From an uncultured Actinomycetes bacterium (GTDB lineage: Bacteria > Actinomycetota > Thermoleophilia > UBA2241), in the NCBI GenBank assembly GCA_963755025.1, contig CAVWIH010000030.1:64001-128000 (forward strand): DNA of 64,000 nt. The letters are read 5' to 3'. The first letter of the stretch is position 1; each line of letters opens with the position of its first letter. The position numbers and the translations under genes are program-made. The notes beneath the pieces are model-generated. The model was not told the DNA's origin and did not search any database. It worked only from the letters and a program-made list of their open reading frames with translations. Below are positions 56,647-64,000 of this stretch, piece by piece.

Positions 56647-58376
56647 CAGCCCACCCCCAGCGGCATGCGGCCGGCCAAGAGATGGACGGCGTCATCCAGG
56701 GTCTTATCAAGCCTCAGTATGTCACCGTCGAGTGACAGCAACTTTGGCCCTCCAGTGCGTCTCCGGCTAGGAAGCGCGGACCTCGGAAGGTCTGCACGCG
56801 ACGGCTTCGCACCGTCTCCGCGGCAGAAAATGAGAACACAGTCGCTCGCGTCTTCGCCGCCAACCATGTCCATAGCCCTGGAGTAGTCATGAACTGAGTC
56901 GCGTAAGACGAAGACGCGTACCCCCAGGGCCCCCGTGCCGACCACCAGTTGCCCCCTCGACGCAGGCGCACCCAACGGGACGGACAGCTTCCAGTCGTTG
57001 ACCCTTGCACATTCCAGCAACATCAGTAGCGCGGCAACCGGCAGGTGTGCCCCTGCTTGAAGGGCAACCGTGTTCCGCTCCACCTGCTCCACATTGCCAA
57101 ACGCGAAGGGCTCATATGCGTTCAGGTCTGGCGGCGGTCGCAGCCTCGTATGAATTGACACAAGGCGTGCGACCATCGCAGGGACTTCGGTCGCCACTCG
57201 CCGCTCTCTTTCGAGGGGCTCCTCGTTCGAGGCGTACTCGCCCAGCCGCTTAATGATTTCTACCGACGACCCGTCGAAAGCGTCGAGCCAATCGGGTCCC
57301 AGGGTCGGCTCCCCTTCTCGAATCATAAGGCGGAGTTTCTTCTCCAACGAATGCGCCCAGAAAGCCATGAATAGTTCACTTGCCCGGAGATGTAGTGAAG
57401 AGGCCTCTGCCAACCGTCTGGCAACCTGTCCGCGAAAGCCGCCGCCGTGAAGAGACTTGAGCAGAGATTTTTGCTCATGGCTTATTTCGCCCTCTTCAAC
57501 GAAGACTGCGCGCGGTGAATCTGTGGCGTGAGGCGTCTGTCTCTTTCCAGCAATATCCGCGACCGTTCGCAAGTTCTGATCTCGCACCGATGACCCCGCG
57601 ACCGCGAGTGCCCTCTTGCGCAGACAGGAATGGACCTCCTCACGAAACGCCAGGAACTCGTGGTCGTTCGTCCAGCGCCTGATGTCACTGGAAGTGGCAA
57701 TCACATAGGGTCCGTACTTGTCCGGGTCGGCGCTGGCACCGCGGGCGCACCCGTGGATCTTCAGCAGGCGGGGCCGTTGGGCGGTCAGTTCGTCCGGATG
57801 AGCAACCACGCTCAACTGCCTGCCGCTGAGCAGTCTTTCGAAGGACTTCTCGACGAGGCAATCCCAGTTTGTGGTGATGACGTCGTCAATCACGCCCTCA
57901 GCAAGAAGGATCGCCAGCATACGGTGCTCCGGGCCCGGCTCGATGGCTGAGTTCCCGAAGACCCTGGGAATCTGCACGACGTCGAGTGCCACATTAATCT
58001 CGTCCCCAACGTGGGTATCGATCTCATCCAAGGCTTCCGAGTACTTGTTTCCGAGGGCCTCCTCAAAGCCGGGAATATCACTCCAACCTTCCGGATCGTC
58101 TTGGACGGAGACTTGGTCACAGCCAACAAGTGCCATCACGGCATCAAAAGCACGTAGGCACTCTTGGCTCTCGTTCGCCTGGACGCACGTGCGCAGCTTC
58201 CGCAGCGCAACCATCACCATTTTGCCGGTGCTAGGGAGAACCGACATCGAAATGCCCGACCCCACACACCAGACAAAGTGGCCGATCAGCGCCCGGTTCA
58301 GAAACGTGTCCTGCGAGACGTCGAGACTCGCGTAAGCCTCGGCTGGCCCAACGCCGGGCGCATCATTGGCGCACAT
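56646..58376 (-). CDS. SIR2-like NADase effector with a C-terminal domain (LmuA-like)
   Basis: VGSGIS, VITTNWDCLVE, LLKIHGC, AGSSVRD. Confidence 0.85.
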   Translation of the reverse strand: MCANDAPGVGPAEAYASLDVSQDTFLNRALIGHFVWCVGSGISMSVLPSTGKMVMVALRKLRTCVQANESQECLRAFDAVMALVGCDQVSVQDDPEGWSDIPGFEEALGNKYSEALDEIDTHVGDEINVALDVVQIPRVFGNSAIEPGPEHRMLAILLAEGVIDDVITTNWDCLVEKSFERLLSGRQLSVVAHPDELTAQRPRLLKIHGCARGASADPDKYGPYVIATSSDIRRWTNDHEFLAFREEVHSCLRKRALAVAGSSVRDQNLRTVADIAGKRQTPHATDSPRAVFVEEGEISHEQKSLLKSLHGGGFRGQVARRLAEASSLHLRASELFMAFWAHSLEKKLRLMIREGEPTLGPDWLDAFDGSSVEIIKRLGEYASNEEPLERERRVATEVPAMVARLVSIHTRLRPPPDLNAYEPFAFGNVEQVERNTVALQAGAHLPVAALLMLLECARVNDWKLSVPLGAPASRGQLVVGTGALGVRVFVLRDSVHDYSRAMDMVGGEDASDCVLIFCRGDGAKPSRADLPRSALPSRRRTGGPKLLSLDGDILRLDKTLDDAVHLLAGRMPLGVG

Positions 58377-58747
58377 GTCCCCCCTGACTACCCACTACAC
58401 CAGTCCCCCAGCAGGCCTTCCCAGACGTCACGTCGCATGATAGTCCTCCGAATGCTATCGTGCCCAGAGGAGGTGTGCTGGCCTGACGCTGTGTGGCCGT
58501 TCCCGCTACCTCCTCAACTTCTCGCAGAGCCTGCTGCGCCCGGCGTTCATGCCTACCCTCCAACTGGACACGACGATTCTAGTCCCAAAGGGCGACGGAA
58601 CGGCCGGGCCACGGGTCGGGCCGCGAGACCGGCCACGGGTCCGGCGGCGGAGTCAGACCGGTCGTGCGGAGCGGAGCGGGCGCGCCACGCAGGCGCGGCG
58701 AAGGCCGCGGGTGCAACGAGCGCGCCGCGCCCCACCGCCCGCCTGCG

Positions 58748-60900
58748 TCACCCAGGAATGCGGCGCCACCGCCTGAGCGGTCCCGTCACCGCGAAGCGCC
58801 GCGGCATGTCCGTCGTGCGATCGGCCGGGAACGGCCGCTGCACGTTCTCATCCCAGCCTGCGAACAGTCGCAGCCGGCGGCGCGCGCCCCAGGGGCCGAC
58901 CAGCAGGAGAAGGCCGACGCCGGCGACGCCGCCCAGCGCCGCCACGACGGGCGACCCGGCGCCAGCCGAGCTGCTCCCGCCGCCCTCGCCGCCGCCGGCC
59001 TGTCCGGAGACCTTGAACGCATACCCCGACACGGTGCGCGACGCGGCGCCGCTCGGCGTCGACCCCGCCACCGCGGCCGGCAGCATCGCTCCGCTCGAAC
59101 CACCCGCAGCCCCAGTGTCGGCGCCGTTGCTGTTGGTCGAGCCGCTGCCGCGGCCGGTGCCGGTGCCCTGCCCCGAACCGCTGCCGGTGCCGCCGCCCAC
59201 GCCGCCTCCGGAGCCCGCACCGCCGCCGGCGGTGCCGCCGTTGCCGCTCTCGCTGCCGTTGCTGTTGGGGCGGTTGCCGCTCGCGCCGCCGCCGCCCGTG
59301 CCGCTCGGTTTTGCGGTCGGGAGCTTGTAGGTGGTGGTGAGCGACAGGACCTTGGGGGCCACAGCTGCGCCGGCGGCCGAGAAGTAGAGGGAGTAGACGA
59401 CTTTCTTGCCGAATGTGAGCTTTGGGAACGCGATGGTCTGCGACACGAGTCCCAGGGCGGCGCTCGCCTTCATATTGTACGCTCCCATGTTCTGGAAGAC
59501 CCCTCCATCGATGCTGTAGCGCACGCTCACATCGCCGCCCGGGACCTGCGCCAGTGTGCAGCTCAGGCTGCCGAGCTGCTTGCGGCCGGCGTGGCCAAGC
59601 TCGGAAGCGGCCAGAGTCACTGTCCCGGCACTCGTGCCGATGACCGCGACCCTCTGAGCACCGGGGTCGGCGATCACCAGACTCCCCGCGTCGGCGTCGG
59701 TCAACGGCACCTGCGACAGCGACGCCGGCGCCGAGAGCGAGACCGGCGCCGTGGGCGACGACCCCGGCATGCCGGAGAGGTAGTCGGCGAACACCGTCGA
59801 ACTCTTCGTACGGTCGCTACGCCGTAGACGTGACCGGTGTCGGCGATCCACACCGCCCCGCCAAGGCTGCTCAGCGCGCTGGTAGGAGAGCTCAAAGCGT
59901 AGGCGCCTGAGCGTGAGAACTGCCAGACGATGCTGCCGGAGGTGAATCCGTCTTGCGGCAGGGCGGCGTCGTAGTCCCCATAGCGGACCTCGATCGCCCG
60001 TGCCGCCGCTTTGTCGCAGATGAGCATGTTCTTTGACGGACTCAGTTGCTGGACCGACGTCGGCGATTCGAGCTGGTCGGTCCCGCTGCCGTATCCGCTC
60101 GCCCCATACTGCCACGTGATGCTGTTCGCGCTGAAGCCGGCGTCGGTCGCGCTCTTCACATAGTCGCCGGCGCGCACGACGATCACGCGGTGGTTGCCAG
60201 CGTCGCAGATCGCGACGTCGCCGTCATCGGCGATGTTGGGCGAGGCCTTCCCGTTGGCTATCCACTCGGCCGACGTCGGCGAATGAAGCTGATCGATCCC
60301 GGCGCCGGCCGTGCCGGCGGTGCCGTACTGCCACACGGGCAGGTTAGTCGTCGCGTCCACTATGAAGACCCGGTCGGCCCCCCGGTCGCAGATCAGGACG
60401 TAGCCGTCGCCGGTGTGTCCGGAGGCGCCCACGCGGTTGCCGCTGATCGAGCGGGCCGACACCGGGGAGCTCAGGCTCGAGTCGTCGGCGCTCGTGTACG
60501 ACCAGACGGGGGACCAGAGCCAAGACTTGCTGTCTGAGTCCCACACGTAGGAGAACTCCGCGACCAACCGGTTGGCCGCATCGGCGACGAGGATGTCATC
60601 GCGGCCGTCGCCACCGTCACTCAGCGGCTGCGCGCTCACGGGGTCGGGCTGCGTGACGCCCAGCTTGTCGTAGCCGCCGCCCGCGGAGGCGTCGATCGAC
60701 TCCAGCTGCCCGACAGTGGCGGCCAAGGCGCCGCCCAGGTCGGCAACGCCGCCGGTCTCGGAGGCGACCTTGAACGACACACCCCCCGCTCCCTGCACGA
60801 ACGCCGCGGCCCCGGCTGAAGGCGCAGCCGCCAGCAGCGCGACTCCCGCGGCCAGACACACTATGGCGGCACCGACCGCACGACGTCGCATTGATCCCAT
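58748..60900 (-). CDS. Secreted NHL/beta-propeller repeat protein with a Gly-rich linker and C-terminal membrane anchor; frameshift near 59810
   Basis: Signal peptide MRRRAVGAAIVCLAAG..AGA; repeated WQYG...G.DQL.SPTS and (L/A)ICD..N.RV blades; Gly/Ser linker; TM VVAALGGVAGVGLLLLVG followed by RRR. Confidence 0.78.
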
Positions 60901-60947
60901 ATCCCCCAGGCCCGCAGCGCGGCCCACACCGGGCTTGCGTGACAGAG

Positions 60948-60999
60948 CGTTGTACTTCTTGTAGTGTAACGCTCGTTGTACTTCGCACAGTGTAACGCT
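60948..60999. promoter_or_regulatory. Two tandem ModE-like boxes (26-nt direct repeat) between the divergent propeller gene and modA
   Basis: CGTTGTAC-TTCTTGTA-GTGTAACG-CT and CGTTGTAC-TTCGCACA-GTGTAACG-CT; compare the ModE consensus CGTTATAT-N8-ATATAACG. Confidence 0.8.
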
Positions 61000-61161
61000 T
61001 CCGTGACGTCACGTACTTCGATACTCATGCCGGCGCGCACGGCGGGTCACCGGGGCTTGCGCGCGCCAAGTCTATGCGTCGTCGGCCGATGTCGCGAGCC
61101 GACACAAACGTGATCGCCCCACACGGGGCGCAGTAAGAAAACCGTCAGGGAGGGGTCTCAA

Positions 61162-62286
61162 GTGAAGCGTAAATCGTGGGTGCTGTTGGCCGTCGCAGCG
61201 ATGGTCATGATGATGTTCGGCGCGGGCGCAAGCCAGGCGTCGGCCGCTACGCAGCCCAAGTTCACCGTGTTTGCCGCCGCCTCGCTCTACAAGGCGTTCC
61301 CGGCCATGGTGACGCCGTTCAAGGCCAAGTACCACCAGTACAAGAACGTCAAGTTCCTCTTCAACTTCGCCGGCACGCAGCAGCTTTACCAGCAGCTCAT
61401 CAACAAGGCGCCCGCCGACCTGTTCGCGAGCGCCAACACGACCTACATCGACGATCTGCAGCCGCCGGTCTCGGCCACCAACTACCTCTACACGCCGCGC
61501 ATCTTCTGCCAGAACGCGCTCTGCGTGATCGTGCCGAACGTGAAGGGCCACAAGGTCACGAGCCTGACCGACCTCACCAAGGCGGGCAACGCAGTCGCGG
61601 TCGGCACCTGGGGCACGAACGCAGTGCCGATCGGCACGTACACCCAGAAGGTGCTGACGAACCTCAATGCCGACGCCGCCCTGAACGACGCGACGTTCGC
61701 GACCGACGTCGATAACAACGTCCTCGCCTTCGGCGACATCGCCGCCAACGTGAACATGATCACCGCCCTCGTCTCGGATAACGACGTCGACGCCGGCTTC
61801 GTCTACAACAGCGACAAGACGGCCGCCGGCTCCAAGGTCATCCGCATCGGGATCGCCGACGCCTATCAGTCGAGCCCGCTGCCGACCTACCCGATGGCGG
61901 TCGTTCAGGGCACCGCCCACTACACGCTCGGCAAGCGCTTCATCCAGTTCGTCATGAGCACGCAGGGTCAGGCCATCATGAAGCGCTGGGGATTCCGTCC
62001 CGAGCCGGTGCCGGCCATCACGACGCTGGCAGGCACGAGTGGCGCAACCGGCGCCGCAGGCTCGAGCGTCGTCATCACCGGCCTCAACTTCAAGACCTAC
62101 ATCCCGGGCGCAGTGAAGTTCACCAGCACCGGGGCGACCCCCGTGACGACCGTGGCGACCACCACGGCGTGGGGCTCGAGCTCTATCACGGCCACGGTCC
62201 CCGCCCTCGCGGCGGGCCAGTACAACGTCACCGTGACCGCCGACGGTCGGGTCTCGAAGGTCGCTACCTTCACCGTGACCCCGTAA
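61162..62286 (+). CDS. modA: Molybdate ABC transporter substrate-binding protein with a C-terminal IPT/TIG domain
   Basis: VFAAASL, FNFAGT..L..Q...APADLFASAN, VPIGTY, DAGFVY.SD, YPMAVV, GQAIMKRWGF; then PAITTL..GSSVVITGLNF..WGSSSITATVP..GQYNVTVT. Confidence 0.92.
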   Translation: MKRKSWVLLAVAAMVMMMFGAGASQASAATQPKFTVFAAASLYKAFPAMVTPFKAKYHQYKNVKFLFNFAGTQQLYQQLINKAPADLFASANTTYIDDLQPPVSATNYLYTPRIFCQNALCVIVPNVKGHKVTSLTDLTKAGNAVAVGTWGTNAVPIGTYTQKVLTNLNADAALNDATFATDVDNNVLAFGDIAANVNMITALVSDNDVDAGFVYNSDKTAAGSKVIRIGIADAYQSSPLPTYPMAVVQGTAHYTLGKRFIQFVMSTQGQAIMKRWGFRPEPVPAITTLAGTSGATGAAGSSVVITGLNFKTYIPGAVKFTSTGATPVTTVATTTAWGSSSITATVPALAAGQYNVTVTADGRVSKVATFTVTP

Positions 62287-62380
62287 CGGTCCAGACACGG
62301 CAGCATCGGCCGCGATAGCGCAGGCTCCGGCCCCTCAGGTCACACCTGAAGGACGGCGGCAAGCACTGACGCGCGGCCTG

Positions 62381-63169
62381 TTGAAAGGCGCGGCGGCGGC
62401 GATCACTGGGATCGCCGCCGCCGCGCTGCTTCTGTTCGTGGGCCTGCCGATCGTGGCCATCTTCCTGCGCGTGCCGCCGTCGGCGCTCTGGGCCCAACTG
62501 CATTCGTCGGTGGCCCTCGACGCGCTGCGCGTCAGCATGAAGACCAGCCTGGTGTCGCTGGGCTTCATCGTGCTGGCCGGCACGCCCGTGGCCCACCTGC
62601 TGGCCCGGCGGCGGTTCCCCGGGCGAGCGGCCGTCATCACCCTGATCGAGGTGCCCCTCGTGCTGCCGCCGGCGGTCGCCGGCATCGCCCTCTTCGCCGC
62701 CTTCGGGCGCACCGGACTGCTCGGCTCGCACCTCGCCGCCCACGGCATCCGCATACCGTTCACCTGGATCGCAGTCGTGATGGCGCAGACGTTCGTCGCC
62801 ATGCCCTTCTACGTGCGCCAGGTGATCGCCTCGTTCGGCGCCGTCGACCAGCAACTGGTCGGCGCCTCGCGCACGCTCGGCGCAGGCGCGTTCCGTTCGT
62901 TCTTTCGCATCGAGGTCCCCCTCGCCCGTCAAGGCTTGGCGGCCGGCGCGGCCCTGGCCTGGGCCCGTGCGCTCGGCGAGTTCGGCGCCACGGCGTTGTT
63001 CGCCGGCGGCTTCGTGCAGGGGGTCACGCAGACGCTGCCGCTGGCCATCTACGCGCAGTTCCAGGGCGCCAACATCACCTCCTGCCTGGCCATGTCGGCC
63101 TTTCTCGTGGCCGTCAGCTTCGCGGTGCTGGTCTCGACCAAGATCCTCCTGGGCTGGCGAGAGACGTGA
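62381..63169 (+). CDS. modB: Molybdate ABC transporter permease
   Basis: PLVLPPAVAGIAL, FVAMPFYVR, ASRTLGA, WARALGEFGAT..FAG, TQTLPLAIY. Confidence 0.95.
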   Translation: MKGAAAAITGIAAAALLLFVGLPIVAIFLRVPPSALWAQLHSSVALDALRVSMKTSLVSLGFIVLAGTPVAHLLARRRFPGRAAVITLIEVPLVLPPAVAGIALFAAFGRTGLLGSHLAAHGIRIPFTWIAVVMAQTFVAMPFYVRQVIASFGAVDQQLVGASRTLGAGAFRSFFRIEVPLARQGLAAGAALAWARALGEFGATALFAGGFVQGVTQTLPLAIYAQFQGANITSCLAMSAFLVAVSFAVLVSTKILLGWRET

Positions 63170-64000
63170 GCGCCGTGCCCGATGTGTCGGCGCGCGCCGC
63201 GTCCGCGACCGGCGGGACCGTGCCTGCGACCGGCGGGACTGTGCCTGCGACCGGCGAGTCAGGGTCTGCGAGCGGCGCGCCGGCGAGCGGCACGTCGGCA
63301 AGCGGCGGGCCCGCGTCCGGCGGGCCGGCGACCGGCCAGCTGAACATCGCCGTCAGGCACCGCCTGAGCCGCATCGAGCTCGACGTGAGCCTTTCGGTCG
63401 GGCGCGAGACGCTGGCCCTGGTCGGTCCTTCGGGGGCCGGCAAGACGTCGGTGCTGCGTGCCGTGGCCGGGCTGTTCAAGCCCGATCATGCCCTCATCAC
63501 GCTCCACGGTCGCACGCTCACCGACACCCAACGCCACGTGAGCCTGCCGCCCGAGAGCCGCCACGTCGGCCTCATGTTCCAGGACGGGGCGCTGTTCCCC
63601 CACCTGAGCATCGCCCGCAACGTCGAGTACGGGCTGCGCCCGCGGTCGCACCGGCGGCGCGAGCGGCGCGCTCGCGTGAACGAACTGCTCGAGCGCTACG
63701 GCATCGCCGAGCTGCGCGACTCGCGGCCGGGCAAGGCGTCGGGCGGCGAGCGCCAGCGAGCCGCGCTCGCGCGCGCGGTCGCGACCACCCCAGATGTCTT
63801 GCTGCTCGACGAGCCGCTCACCGCCCTCGACTCGGTGACCAAGGCGCGCGTGTCGCGCGAGCTCGCCCAGTGGCTCGCCGAGCTGGGCCTGCCCACCCTT
63901 CTGGTCTCGCACGACTACGGCGACGTGGTCGGCCTCGCCGACCGCATCGCCGTCATCGACGCCGGCCGCATCGTGCAGGTCGGCACGGCGGCCGACCTGC
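63166..64000 (+). CDS. modC: Molybdate ABC transporter ATPase; runs off the window edge
   Basis: GTGA overlap with modB. LVGPSGAGKTS, FQDGALFPHLS, SGGERQRAALARA, LLLDEP..ALD, VSHD. Confidence 0.92.
   Translation, partial: MSAVPDVSARAASATGGTVPATGGTVPATGESGSASGAPASGTSASGGPASGGPATGQLNIAVRHRLSRIELDVSLSVGRETLALVGPSGAGKTSVLRAVAGLFKPDHALITLHGRTLTDTQRHVSLPPESRHVGLMFQDGALFPHLSIARNVEYGLRPRSHRRRERRARVNELLERYGIAELRDSRPGKASGGERQRAALARAVATTPDVLLLDEPLTALDSVTKARVSRELAQWLAELGLPTLLVSHDYGDVVGLADRIAVIDAGRIVQVGTAADL

Noticed and set aside
53640-58620. Defence cassette as an autonomous mobile element
   Set aside because: No integrase, transposase, tRNA target or convincing flanking repeats found by eye.
60948-60999. 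26-nt direct repeats as a mini CRISPR array
   Set aside because: The copies are adjacent with no spacer and no cas genes; they fit ModE boxes.

Overview
High-GC bacterial DNA, probably from an anaerobic or facultative actinobacterium such as Thermoleophilia (inferred from gene content and style only). Many genes carry single-base frameshifts that look like long-read assembly errors. Left to right: (1) the N-terminal part of a large PEP/pyruvate-binding (PPDK-like) protein and a PEP-dependent dihydroxyacetone kinase operon (dhaK, dhaL, dhaM-HPr-EI); (2) a complete trpEGDCFBA operon; (3) a lower-GC islet with an RDD protein and two tandem paralogues; (4) a roughly 23-kb molybdenum/aldehyde region: a Moco/Wco riboswitch ahead of an NAD-dependent aldehyde dehydrogenase-ModE-BlaI-FeS operon, a Desulfovibrio DVU_1551-1559-like Mop aldehyde oxidoreductase cluster with two radical SAM enzymes, and a selenocysteine formate dehydrogenase with in-frame UGA and SECIS; (5) lutABC; (6) nosP coupled to a PucR/CdaR-type regulator that carries a NosP-partner N-terminus, ahead of an AldB-type aldehyde dehydrogenase and DUF779; (7) a TetR/MFS pair; (8) a lower-GC SIR2-middle component-SMC defence cassette (ABC-three-component, Lamassu-like); (9) a secreted beta-propeller protein divergent from modABC, where ModA has an extra IPT/TIG domain. 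Four CGTT-N16-AACG ModE-like boxes link the mop, fdh and modABC promoters. Best candidates for novelty: the NosP-PucR module, the Moco/Wco riboswitch over a Mo-independent aldehyde dehydrogenase, and the extended Mop/TrsS cluster.
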